DNA of 50,058 nt from Promethearchaeati archaeon. GTDB taxonomy: Archaea; Asgardarchaeota; Heimdallarchaeia; JABLTI01. How positions within the stretch are numbered: position 1 is the first letter of the stretch; every line of letters starts with the position of its first letter. The position numbers and the translations under genes were made by a program. This document shows, piece after piece, positions 19,733 through 29,153 of this stretch. The notes beneath the pieces are model-generated. The model saw nothing but the letters and a program-made list of their open reading frames with translations. It searched no databases and had not been told where the DNA came from. The DNA is taken from NCBI GenBank assembly GCA_013166835.1, contig JABLTI010000008.1, positions 1 through 50,058 of the forward strand. Reading direction: 5' to 3'.

Positions 19733-20851
19733 ATGAAATGTGAAAAATATTTCCTTGATACTCAGAATATATTCTGTCAAAACCTAACATTAAATGCTCT
19801 TCATCTAAGTAACCAAAGTGAAATTACCAATTCCTATCAATTTAGAAAACATGAAGCTGAAGATCTCACAAAAAGAACCCTCATAATTGTTCCTGGTTAT
19901 TCTGTTTCAAATCCTCCAAGAATCGGAGATCATCGACATTATATACAAGCATTACAATATCATCCAACTAGAAATCCCAAAGGATATAAGAAAATATGCG
20001 TTTTTGATTTGTATTCCAAAAAAGATGGTCGTTGTAATTTTCAACATGATATTACAACATTAGCAGTAGAACTCATGAAAAGTATTGAAACATCTCGAGA
20101 TAATTGGTCGTTTTGCGAAAATGGTGAGATAGATTTTATCGGAGCTTCGATGGGGGGATTAATCGTTCGCAAATTCATACAAGATTTTATGGTAGGTGAA
20201 AATCAAATCTCAACAATATCTTGGGGAACACTACGAATAAAAAACATAGTTCTAATAGCAACTCCAAACTATGGTTGTAAAATTGTTGATTTATTGCAAA
20301 ATCCAGTAATTCAATTGTTCTTGCGTATTTTTTATGGTAAAAATAATTTTTCGCAAAGTCAACAAGTTCAACAAATTAGTGTTGGGCGTATCAATGTTTG
20401 GGAACCACTCTTTCGTAAATTAATTACAAAACATACCCCTATCAATGTCTTTCTTAAAAGATTAAATTCGGTAATACAAACACCCGGTAATATCAGATGG
20501 GTTACAATACGTGGAACAAAAAGAAAATGGTTTACACGTTTACTTTATAATAAGAATGTTATGACTGATGGAGTTGTTGCTGCAGCAAGTGTCCCACTCA
20601 AAGGAGCAGAAAATATCTCGGATAAGGATTTCGGGATTGGTTTGTCTTGGAATCATAGGGATCTGTACAAAAACGAGGATTTCTGTAATTTTCTAGTAGA
20701 TCTTCTTTTATTTAATATGCAAATAACTGATTATCTCGAGAATAACCACTTAAATTTCACTCATAAAATTTCCAAAAATAAAAGATTCAGGATGAACACC
20801 CTAAAGGGAATATTGAAACTTCCAATCCATTCATACGAGAAATCTTCTTAA
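19733..20851 (+). CDS. Alpha/beta hydrolase (lipase/PGAP1-like)
   Basis: IIVPGY oxyanion region, GASMGG nucleophile elbow, IATPNYG, TDGVV (Asp) and WNH (His). Confidence 0.8.
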   Translation: MKCEKYFLDTQNIFCQNLTLNALHLSNQSEITNSYQFRKHEAEDLTKRTLIIVPGYSVSNPPRIGDHRHYIQALQYHPTRNPKGYKKICVFDLYSKKDGRCNFQHDITTLAVELMKSIETSRDNWSFCENGEIDFIGASMGGLIVRKFIQDFMVGENQISTISWGTLRIKNIVLIATPNYGCKIVDLLQNPVIQLFLRIFYGKNNFSQSQQVQQISVGRINVWEPLFRKLITKHTPINVFLKRLNSVIQTPGNIRWVTIRGTKRKWFTRLLYNKNVMTDGVVAAASVPLKGAENISDKDFGIGLSWNHRDLYKNEDFCNFLVDLLLFNMQITDYLENNHLNFTHKISKNKRFRMNTLKGILKLPIHSYEKSS

Positions 20852-20987
20852 AAAAATCCTCATCAACATTGAGGACTTTAAAAACTAAATTCTATATATA
20901 TCAGTAGTTAAGAATTGAATTGCTTGGAATTAAAAGGTCAATAATCTGCTGATCTCATGATTACTTGGAAAGGACTTGTAAAAAATC

Positions 20988-21179
20988 TTGGCAACTGAAT
21001 CAGAAAAAGAAGTACTAAAAAAAGTATCTCCATTTTCACTCGAGAGTATGCATATAGATTTCTGTGATTCATGTCTCTATTCATGGTGCCTTCTAAAAAA
21101 GAAAGTAATTTATTGCTCGCTACGATATAAAGGGGAAATTGGATTTGTTTGCACAACAAATTCATGTAAAATCAAATAG
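20988..21179 (+). CDS. Small cysteine-rich protein, paralog 1
   Basis: C-x2-C-x4-C-x8-C-x11-C-x4-C shared with the next ORF; TTG start with AAGGA upstream. Confidence 0.7.
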   Translation: MATESEKEVLKKVSPFSLESMHIDFCDSCLYSWCLLKKKVIYCSLRYKGEIGFVCTTNSCKIK

Positions 21180-21321
21180 AAATACTTGAATTTTCCGCCC
21201 AAAAAACTGATCATCCTACTTCTAAGGTAATACTGTCATATTCTCGGCATATTAGCAACTTAATAAGTCTAGATTAGAGGATTTGTTTACTTGGATGATC
21301 ATTTAAAGGACCGAGGTAGAA

Positions 21322-21528
21322 TTGGCAATTATAGAGACGCCCAAAAAACAACTAGTTAGAGATAAACCGTTTAAAAGCAAACGATCTTCTATTTTTTGTA
21401 CTGATTGTGTTATCGACTGGTGCAAAATAAGAAACAAGGTTAGTTATTGCTCCCAGAAATACAAAGGTACAGGATGTTACAGCTGCTCTGACACAAAGTG
21501 CTCAGTTAAGAAAATTGCTGGATCCTAA
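21322..21528 (+). CDS. Small cysteine-rich protein, paralog 2
   Basis: Same Cys spacing and FC, WC, KV-x-YCS-x2-YKG residues as the previous ORF; TTG start after GAGGT. Confidence 0.7.
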   Translation: MAIIETPKKQLVRDKPFKSKRSSIFCTDCVIDWCKIRNKVSYCSQKYKGTGCYSCSDTKCSVKKIAGS

Positions 21529-21558
21529 ATCATCTCTTTTTTTTCTTATACTCCCTTT

Positions 21559-21840
21559 TCACATTGCGTTTAGTAATTTATTGAACATATCATTATCTAT
21601 TGATTCTAGTTCATCTTTTATTGTATATTGCTTTTCAATTAATTTCCTAAATTGTAGAAGTTTTTCTTTTGAACAATCCCCTTCCTTAATCATGGCATAA
21701 GAATCATTTACTAAAAGCTCTAGACCATTTAAATCTGTGAATCTAATTCGTACTATATCACTAGCCTCTACATCAATCCCTACAATTTCGAAACCTGCAT
21801 TTGTTAATTTCTCTGTAAGTGTTATTATTTTTTCTTTCAT
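21559..21840 (-). CDS. Hypothetical protein
   Basis: 93-aa ORF with GAGGTGA upstream of the ATG. Confidence 0.65.
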   Translation of the reverse strand: MKEKIITLTEKLTNAGFEIVGIDVEASDIVRIRFTDLNGLELLVNDSYAMIKEGDCSKEKLLQFRKLIEKQYTIKDELESIDNDMFNKLLNAM

Positions 21841-22098
21841 TTTATCACCTCGTAATTATTGGATCAAAGTGTTAATCTTTAAAGTTCAATTTTCAGTAAT
21901 TTGTTTTCAAATGATAAAATCGATTAACCAAAAATGAATGGTCAATTTAACGTAAATTATTGTTCTTTAAAAACCTCTACTATCTGTTAACTATGTTTGA
22001 CTTTTAATCTTTTATGGAAAAATTCTCCGCATGTAATTATAATCATTTTTTAGTGAATTCTATCCCTTATTAAGCATTTAGATTAAGAATTTAATTGG

Positions 22099-23538
22099 CT
22101 AATTCTCAAAAATCAATGTTTTAATTACTACTGGAACTACTTGTTTACTTGCCATAGGTTCGCCTATATCTATAAAATCCCCTTCTCTTAATCCGAGTTC
22201 GTCGATAGATATGATATTTGTTTTCAATTCTGTTTCTCTTTTCATAACATTACCCACACTATTTCCAATATCATCATTGAAAACTAGAATCAAGGGCATC
22301 TCCTTCTTAACAATAGTAGGTACTGCTATAACAATGCCTTTTGCAAAAGATTTTAGTCGCTCATAAGATAGACCAATTGTTTTATGAAAAGACAATGCAA
22401 CTGGCCCTTCCCCTTCCTTCATATCGATTCTTTTGTAAGCCATATCAATTGCATATTTGATTTCTTCTTCAGATGGGTTTTCTTGAGGGAGATAAGGCAC
22501 TATAACAGGGATATTTCTTATTGGAAATTCATTATCATCAGTTACTAAGGTTGTTGCACCACTAACCTGTAAAGAATATTGACCTGCTCCGATAACTGTT
22601 GCACGAATTAATTCTAGAGGTTCATGCAATTTGAGCTTACTTTTCTGGCTTTGCTTCTTAATTTCTTTAGCAACTTCCTTACCTATATCATCATAATATT
22701 CATTGGTTTTACCATAAATGTATTCAGCGACTCCACCAGAAAAGGAAAAGAGATCTACTTTTCCATCAAAAGTCAATAAAGGAGTCAACATAATTTTCAT
22801 AGTTACTTGAGAAATATTGTCTTGTTTAGTTATGACTTCAATTAGAGCTTTTACTAATCCCTTTGCTATTTGTTCTTTATTTTCTTTGGAAACCGGTTTT
22901 CCAATTTCTACTATTATACCAAGATCATCTGCAACAATCTGTGCTGCGGGTTCTATTTTCTCAACAATGTTCTCGGAACCACTTGTAACCAATAACCTTC
23001 CACCAACATTTATACAAGCGGTATCTATGATATCTCCATCAGGAGAAATAACTGCAATATTTGAAGTTCCACCACCAGTATCAATATTCATGATGGTTTT
23101 TTTCAATTTCTTAGCTTGAGTTACTGCACCACTACCCATAGCTGCAATGACTGATTCAAAATTTGGTCCTGCTGTTGCTGCAACAAATTTACCTGCCTCA
23201 GCAGCTAGTAAACTTACAATTTTTTCAGCATTCTTCTTTTTTGCAGTTTCCCCTGTTACAATAACTGCTCCAGTATCTATATCTGTTTTAGTAATTCCAG
23301 CATTAGTGAATTCCTTTTGGAAAATCTTAGATAATTCGTCAAAATCAATGGTTTCCTTATCAACAAGAGGGGTCAAATAAATGTTCCCGCGATAAAGGAT
23401 TTTACGATTAACAATCTCAAATTTCTTTGAGGATCGACTCATTTGCTTGACAAGGTGTAATTTTGAAAAAACCATGTGAGATGTTGAAGTACCAACATCT
23501 ATCCCTACAGAAGTAATAAATAGCTCTTGAACAGTCAT
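22099..23538 (-). CDS. eutA: Ethanolamine ammonia-lyase reactivating factor EutA-like (ASKHA ATPase)
   Basis: SVGIDVGTST, VTGETAKKKNA, FVAATAGP, NIDTGGGTSN, SFSGGVA, IRATVIGAG and VPVVIKTLIF. Confidence 0.88.
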   Translation of the reverse strand: MTVQELFITSVGIDVGTSTSHMVFSKLHLVKQMSRSSKKFEIVNRKILYRGNIYLTPLVDKETIDFDELSKIFQKEFTNAGITKTDIDTGAVIVTGETAKKKNAEKIVSLLAAEAGKFVAATAGPNFESVIAAMGSGAVTQAKKLKKTIMNIDTGGGTSNIAVISPDGDIIDTACINVGGRLLVTSGSENIVEKIEPAAQIVADDLGIIVEIGKPVSKENKEQIAKGLVKALIEVITKQDNISQVTMKIMLTPLLTFDGKVDLFSFSGGVAEYIYGKTNEYYDDIGKEVAKEIKKQSQKSKLKLHEPLELIRATVIGAGQYSLQVSGATTLVTDDNEFPIRNIPVIVPYLPQENPSEEEIKYAIDMAYKRIDMKEGEGPVALSFHKTIGLSYERLKSFAKGIVIAVPTIVKKEMPLILVFNDDIGNSVGNVMKRETELKTNIISIDELGLREGDFIDIGEPMASKQVVPVVIKTLIFEN

Positions 23539-23642
23539 AATCCGTTTAATTATTAATTCAATTTTTATCCTTTTCTAATAATATTGAATTTAAAAAAACT
23601 GATTGTCAGATGTTGGAGTTCATATTTCAAGAATAGGGGATA

Positions 23643-24740
23643 TTATTTTTCTAACCCCATTTCTTTTATCATTTCTTTCTCGTTTTTGTACCCTTGATTT
23701 TTAGCGATTCTTTCGAGAGTACTTTTAATCTTTTCTTGAACTTCAAGATCAGATTCTGTTTCTAATGTCTTGAGAAGAACCTGTACACATTTCTTTGTTT
23801 TTGGAACGAGTTGTCCAACTGATAATGCAGCTGTTTTTCTCACACGAACACTTTTATCATCTTTTAAAACATCAAGTAAAATATTGGCTGCTTTTTTGTA
23901 CTGCATGAATCCAAGAGATAAACATGACCAATAACGTACAGTTTCATCTTCATCTACTAATAATTCAAGGAAAACTTCTGCTGCTCTTTTATCTCCTATT
24001 TCCCCTAAAGCATAAGCTATTGCTCTGCGGCTTTCTACATTCTGACTCTTTTGCAGGAAATTAATCAGTGGTTCAACTGCAGTTGGATCCTTTAATCTTC
24101 CCAATGCTGTTGCGGTTTTCACTGAAACACCAATTCCATTGTCATTTTCTAGAGTAAAAATTAAATTTGGGACTACACGTTTATCCCCAATTAAACCTAA
24201 AGCTTCTGCTGCTTGCCCTCTAACCCAAGCTTCTTGATCATCCCTAAGAATTATCAATAATGGATCTATTGCTTTCGAATCTCCTATCAACCCTAAAGAT
24301 TGGGCTACATTTTCTCGAATCTCTCCATCCTTATTATTGAGCATCTTTAATAAAACATCTAGAGCCTGTGTTGCCTTCAGCATACCAAGGGAGCTAGCTA
24401 CTTCAATAACAATCGATGGATCTTTTGATGTTTTCAATGCCTCAATTAAGGAAGGTATTGCAATTGGGTCCCCAATATTACCTAGAGATTTTGCTGCATT
24501 TTTCCTTAATACTGTTAGATGATCTTTCAGCAAAATATCATGTAATAACTTAATACTTTGAGTTACTTTTCCTTTCCCAAGAACTTTAATAGCATCCTTT
24601 CGTATTTTCCAATCTGAATCGCTTTTAGCTATCTCTAATAAAAATCCTTGAACATCTTCTTTTTCTTTCTCTAATAAATCTAATAATTCATTTTCTTTCT
24701 TATTTAATATTAAAAATCTAATATCATCCTTAGTAGTCAA
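23643..24740 (-). CDS. HEAT/PBS-lyase repeat protein
   Basis: About 9 repeats of VR-x2-AA-x-ALG-x-IGD-x2-A-x2-PL. Likely start is TTG at 24740 after GGGGATGA (track start 24800). Confidence 0.88.
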   Translation of the reverse strand: MTTKDDIRFLILNKKENELLDLLEKEKEDVQGFLLEIAKSDSDWKIRKDAIKVLGKGKVTQSIKLLHDILLKDHLTVLRKNAAKSLGNIGDPIAIPSLIEALKTSKDPSIVIEVASSLGMLKATQALDVLLKMLNNKDGEIRENVAQSLGLIGDSKAIDPLLIILRDDQEAWVRGQAAEALGLIGDKRVVPNLIFTLENDNGIGVSVKTATALGRLKDPTAVEPLINFLQKSQNVESRRAIAYALGEIGDKRAAEVFLELLVDEDETVRYWSCLSLGFMQYKKAANILLDVLKDDKSVRVRKTAALSVGQLVPKTKKCVQVLLKTLETESDLEVQEKIKSTLERIAKNQGYKNEKEMIKEMGLEK

Positions 24741-24816
24741 TTTTTCATCCCCATGAATTAGTAAGGAAATTATAATGTCTGTTCGTACACTGTATCTCAA
24801 ATGTTAATAATCGATT

Positions 24817-24839
24817 AATTTAACAAAATTTGTTAAATT
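24817..24839. promoter_or_regulatory. 11-1-11 perfect inverted repeat in a divergent promoter region (operator-like)
   Basis: AATTTAACAAA-A-TTTGTTAAATT between the HEAT gene and comB. Confidence 0.5.
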
Positions 24840-24989
24840 CAACAACTTCACACAATTCTATGCTATTTTTGATTAACAATTAACTAATCCTTTTTCATCT
24901 TTTCTATTTCAAGGAGAAAAACAATGAAATGTTATAACAGAGCAATTCCTTAAAAACAGAAAATACGTGTAAAACGCTAGGTGTAATTT

Positions 24990-25769
24990 ATGGAAGTTTT
25001 AGTTTGTGGAAATTACGAAGGGTCAAAATTAGCAGCAGATTCGAAAGGAATCGCTATTGTCGTCGATGTTCTAAGAGCAAGTACCACTATTCCTGTGGCA
25101 ATGTCTAAAGGCATTGAGATATTTTACGTGGCAAAAGAAGTCGAAGATGTTCGTTTAACACAAACAGAATTAGACACACTAATCATTGGTGAAAGAGGGT
25201 GTGTAAAACTTCTCGGTTTTGATTTTGGTAATAGCCCTGTGGAAATGTCTAATCAGACAAAATTCAGAAAAAATATTTCCGCATTTACTTCCTCAACCGG
25301 TTCTAAAAGAGTTGTAGAAGCTATTGGCTCACAGATAACAATAATTGGTTCAATTATTAATGCAAAAGCTGTGGCGGAAAAAGTAATTGAAATTTCAAAA
25401 CAATTATCTGAAGAATTGAAAGTTGTTATAATTCCAACGTTTACACACGGATCCCTTATTGAAAACGAAAACACCGAAGATCAAATAGGTTCTCTTTTAA
25501 TTGCTCGAGAGTTTTTAAGAGCAGGTGTTGAGCTTTCATCAGAGCTTAAAGAAGAAATTACTTTTCTAGAGCAAAAAATGAGTGAACAATCCCTAACTAA
25601 AATTCTTGAAGAAACAGAACATGGCAAGAAACTCATAAATTTAAACTTTAAACATGATGTTGAATTCTGTAGTAGACTTAATGAGTATACTCATATTCCT
25701 ATATCAAGAAATGATGTTTATACATTATCAAATGGAAATAATATTGTAAAATTAATTTTAGAAAAATAG
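24990..25769 (+). CDS. comB: 2-phosphosulfolactate phosphatase (ComB) family protein
   Basis: VVDVLRASTTI, GERG, FDFGNSP, TSSTGS, ED and HGKKL motifs. Confidence 0.85.
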   Translation: MEVLVCGNYEGSKLAADSKGIAIVVDVLRASTTIPVAMSKGIEIFYVAKEVEDVRLTQTELDTLIIGERGCVKLLGFDFGNSPVEMSNQTKFRKNISAFTSSTGSKRVVEAIGSQITIIGSIINAKAVAEKVIEISKQLSEELKVVIIPTFTHGSLIENENTEDQIGSLLIAREFLRAGVELSSELKEEITFLEQKMSEQSLTKILEETEHGKKLINLNFKHDVEFCSRLNEYTHIPISRNDVYTLSNGNNIVKLILEK

Positions 25770-25796
25770 CAAAAATAAAGAGAAAGAGATATTTTG

Positions 25797-26852
25797 CTAT
25801 TTTAGCTTTGGATCCAATGCATCCCTTAGTGCATCACCCATAAGGTTGAAACCTAACATCGTTACGAAGATCATTAATGCAGGAAACGTAGGCATCCACC
25901 AATAGGTTAACAATACATCTCTATAAGCAGCAAGATCATCACCCCAAGAAACTGCAGTAGGATCACCAAACCCAAAGAATGCGAGTCCTGTAATACTCAT
26001 AATTGTTCCTGCAATACCAAGGCTTGTAATAATGATTATTGGAGATAAAGCATTCGGTAAAATATGTTTAAAGACTATCCGAGTATCCTTTGCACCTAAA
26101 GCGCGTTCCGCCTCTACAAATTCACGAGCTTTAAGACTTAGGACAGTACTTCTTACAATTAGACTTATACCACCCCATTGTATTAAACCCAAAATTGTTA
26201 GAACAATGATGTAGTATGCTCCTTCAAATTTGAAAAATCCTATGTCCCTGAAAAGTGACACAGCAAAAATGAATAAAATGAAATCAGGTAACCCAATAAT
26301 AACTTCATTTATTCTTTGAATAATATCATCGAATAATCCACCATAGAATCCTGATACTGCTCCAACAATTGTACCAATTACTGTAGTGAACATTTGACCC
26401 ACTAAACCTAAAGTCATAGAAAGTGGAGTGCCAAAAACCATTCTGGAAAAGATATCATGACCTAAAGAATCTGTACCAAAAGGATACTGTAAATTGGGTG
26501 GAGTAATTTCATCACCTACAAGAATATGTTTTGGATGTGCAATTAATCGAAAGTATTTATTTGTTCCCGGAATCCAAATTTCAATAAAATAATTGTGGAA
26601 ATCCCAAGGATCACCAGTAGGATTATTCAGACCAAATAAAGCATCATATTGTTGTATAATAAATGCTACAATGGCAATGATTATTAGTGCAACAACTATG
26701 CCTAATCCAAACATTCCAAGGGTATCCTTTCTCATTCTCTTATATGTGATAGACCAAAGATTGGAGCCTTCTACAAGCTTTAAGGTTTCGAGAATTTCTA
26801 CTTCACGTTCAGAATGTTTCGTAATTGACTCTTGTTGTGATGCTGATGCCAT
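25797..26852 (-). CDS. Oligopeptide/dipeptide ABC transporter permease (DppC/OppC-like)
   Basis: PFGTDSLGHDIFSR, EFVEAERALGA (EAA loop), HILPN and FNLMGDALRDALDPK. Confidence 0.92.
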   Translation of the reverse strand: MASASQQESITKHSEREVEILETLKLVEGSNLWSITYKRMRKDTLGMFGLGIVVALIIIAIVAFIIQQYDALFGLNNPTGDPWDFHNYFIEIWIPGTNKYFRLIAHPKHILVGDEITPPNLQYPFGTDSLGHDIFSRMVFGTPLSMTLGLVGQMFTTVIGTIVGAVSGFYGGLFDDIIQRINEVIIGLPDFILFIFAVSLFRDIGFFKFEGAYYIIVLTILGLIQWGGISLIVRSTVLSLKAREFVEAERALGAKDTRIVFKHILPNALSPIIIITSLGIAGTIMSITGLAFFGFGDPTAVSWGDDLAAYRDVLLTYWWMPTFPALMIFVTMLGFNLMGDALRDALDPKLK

Positions 26853-27012
26853 ATAAATTTGCCCGCCTAATCACCATTTTAACGTGCGGTTATATCCTTA
26901 ACATTTTAACTCTTATCTAAAAGCATATCGCTTCGTATGAGTATATTAATTTTGAATTATCTAGGGAGATTTTTTATGCTAAAAACGGATTAAATAACTA
27001 GGTTAAGGAAAT

Positions 27013-27270
27013 ATGTCAGAATACTTCAAGTTCTTCTTTGTAAAAGCAGTAGGAAATGGTTCATTATTTGTCGGACCAAAATATTCTGTTCTAGAAGATT
27101 CGAAGGAAAAAGAAGAATTAATGTATCAAACACACAAAATTCTGACAGATGCAGCAATTGATGTATCCCGGATAATGGAAGATGAGGATTATGGAGAATT
27201 GAGATTTTATATCAACAATAAACTAGAAAGAGCTTTAGAAATACTCCATGAAATAGATGAGGAATTTTGA
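27013..27270 (+). CDS. Hypothetical protein
   Basis: 85-aa ORF with AAGGA upstream; its stop codon abuts the tRNA-derived repeat. Confidence 0.65.
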   Translation: MSEYFKFFFVKAVGNGSLFVGPKYSVLEDSKEKEELMYQTHKILTDAAIDVSRIMEDEDYGELRFYINNKLERALEILHEIDEEF

Positions 27271-27300
27271 AAAGAAGAATTGGTGCCGACAACAGGATTT
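27270..27300 (-). repeat. Duplicated 3' end of tRNA-Asn (att-like direct repeat)
   Basis: aaaagaagaattggtgccgacaacaggattt matches 28478-28508 (aaaagaagaattggcgccggcaacaggattt) at 29/31. Confidence 0.9.
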
Positions 27301-27401
27301 TAATAGATAGTACAAAAAATTTTTGATTATCATAAGATATTATCTGAAGTTCATTAGAGTTGACATTATATTAAAATCCTCTTTTAGTATTATTAATTTG
27401 A

Positions 27402-28436
27402 TTGTCAATGGAAAATAGAATTAAGATCTTTACTAATATCTTAAAAAAACTACAAAAAGAGTATAAGATTCCTGGTTTAACATTTGCTATTATTCATAAG
27501 AACAAAATAATAAGTAAGGAAGGATTAGGTTATGCTGATATTGAAAATAAGATAAAAGCTGAAGCTAATACTCAATACAGAATTGCATCACTCACTAAAC
27601 CAATGTCTGCGACAATTATCTTAAAACTAGTAGAATTAGGAAAATTGAAACTGGATGATCCTATTGCTGAATTATATCCAGATTATAAAGAAAAATTCCT
27701 TAAGTTTAAGGAATTGTTCATTAAGAAAGAAATCACAGGAGTTATTGAGAATTATGATTTTAATAGAGAGGATATAACCATAAGACATCATCTAACTCAT
27801 ACTTCAGAAGGAGTTCCAGGTGATAATTACAGATATAGTGGTTTCTTATATGGAGAATTAACAAAAGTTATCAATAACGTTTCAGAGGAAGATTTCGAGT
27901 CTTTAATTAAAAGAGAAATAATTGAAAAGTTGAAAATGGAAAGTACAATAACTTGTAAGAAAAATGAGGAATATGATAAGGAACCTGAAAGACTAGCTGT
28001 TCCATATTATACTGATGAAAAGGGAAATGTAATAAAAAGTGTTTATCCTCTTTTTGATTTAAATACTGCAGCAGGAATTATTTCAACTGTTGAGGATTTA
28101 GCCAAATTTGATAAAGCTCTAGACAAAAATCAAATTATATCAGAACAATCAAAAGAATTAGCATTCACTCCTATGATCTCTAATACAGGATGTACACTTC
28201 CTTATGGATTAGGTTGGTTCATTCAAAATCATGTTACATTAAATCAAAAAATACTCTGGCATTTTGGATTTGGTGATAATTCTATTTCATCATTATATGT
28301 TAAAATCCCAAGTGCAGAACTCACTATGATATTACTCGCAAATTCTGATGCTCTGTGTAATTTCGATGGATTCGCTGATGATGAAGATGTATCCCATTCG
28401 CCTTTTGCTAAAGCTTTTCTTGAAGCATTTATCTAA
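27402..28436 (+). CDS. Serine hydrolase, beta-lactamase/AmpC-like family
   Basis: IPG, YRIASLTK (SxxK), HHLTHTS, PG-x3-RYSG, YGLGW, HFG and LANS; the start may be ATG 27408. Confidence 0.9.
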   Translation: MSMENRIKIFTNILKKLQKEYKIPGLTFAIIHKNKIISKEGLGYADIENKIKAEANTQYRIASLTKPMSATIILKLVELGKLKLDDPIAELYPDYKEKFLKFKELFIKKEITGVIENYDFNREDITIRHHLTHTSEGVPGDNYRYSGFLYGELTKVINNVSEEDFESLIKREIIEKLKMESTITCKKNEEYDKEPERLAVPYYTDEKGNVIKSVYPLFDLNTAAGIISTVEDLAKFDKALDKNQIISEQSKELAFTPMISNTGCTLPYGLGWFIQNHVTLNQKILWHFGFGDNSISSLYVKIPSAELTMILLANSDALCNFDGFADDEDVSHSPFAKAFLEAFI

Positions 28437-28488
28437 AAATGATTTCTTAGTTAATCAGATAGTGTTTTAGAAAAAACAAAAGAAGAAT

Positions 28489-28563
28489 TGGCGCCGGCAA
28501 CAGGATTTGAACCTGTGGCCACTCGGTTAACAGCCGAGAGCTCTACCGCTGAGCTATGCCGGC
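28489..28563 (-). tRNA. tRNA-Asn (GTT), intronless, CCA encoded
   Basis: Acceptor stem GCCGGCA/TGCCGGC, D arm GCTCAGCGGTAGAGC, anticodon arm CTCGG-CTGTTAA-CCGAG, T arm ACAGG-TTCAAAT-CCTGT, ends in G-CCA. Confidence 0.97.
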
Positions 28564-28787
28564 ATTTTATGCGTTTTATTTGCCTTCAAACTTATTTTAT
28601 ATTCTTTTTGGTTGATATGTGAAAGGTAAAAATTTTCGATTTCAATGATTTTTACTTCTACCTCAATAACTTTGTTTTACCGTTAAAATAACAAATGCTT
28701 ATTATTTTCCAAAATCACTGTCTTGTAATTCACACTGATGTGAATTATTCCTATCTATTACTATCTGTATGGAGCTATAGAAAAACA

Positions 28788-29153
28788 ATGGTTAAATTAG
28801 ATAAGATTGGGTTCTTCTCTGCATTACTTGGAGGGCTCTTTGGCGTAGTAGCTGGTATTTTGGGCTTTGTAGACATTACCATATTTACCCCTTGGTATCT
28901 TGGTGGTAACGGTTTACTTGGCTGGCTTATTGATCCAACTTTTACAAGTATTATTTGGCCAATAATATTCATTGCTTTATGTGGAATTGCTCTTATTATA
29001 GGTGCGACAAAATCATTCTTTGGTATTCTAGAATTTGATCTAATTATTTGGGGAATTATTCTAGTAATAATTGGCGCACTTGTTTGGGGTATAGCTGGTT
29101 GGTTAATTCTACTTGGTGGTATCCTAGTTATTGTAGCCAAATTCTTGGATTAA
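28788..29153 (+). CDS. Small Gly-rich membrane protein (about 4 TM)
   Basis: Hydrophobic helices with GxxxG-like motifs; likely start MVKLDK at 28788 after GGAG. Confidence 0.7.
   Translation: MVKLDKIGFFSALLGGLFGVVAGILGFVDITIFTPWYLGGNGLLGWLIDPTFTSIIWPIIFIALCGIALIIGATKSFFGILEFDLIIWGIILVIIGALVWGIAGWLILLGGILVIVAKFLD

Larger units (their letters stand above)
27270..28508. mobile_element. tRNA-Asn-integrated single-gene islet, no integrase
   Basis: 31-bp direct repeats 1208 bp apart, one inside the tRNA 3' end, enclosing only a serine hydrolase gene. Confidence 0.65.

Noticed and set aside
24990-25769. ComB as evidence for methanogenesis or coenzyme M synthesis
   Set aside because: ComB homologues are widespread in non-methanogens and no other pathway genes are present.
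27360-27393. Bacterial-like TTGACA upstream of the islet gene
   Set aside because: Nearest -10-like hexamers are 19 and 22 nt away, so it does not support a sigma70 promoter or bacterial origin.
27402-28436. Antibiotic-resistance beta-lactamase
   Set aside because: No signal peptide, and YSG/HFG variants fit the broad cytoplasmic esterase/peptidase branch; substrate unknown.
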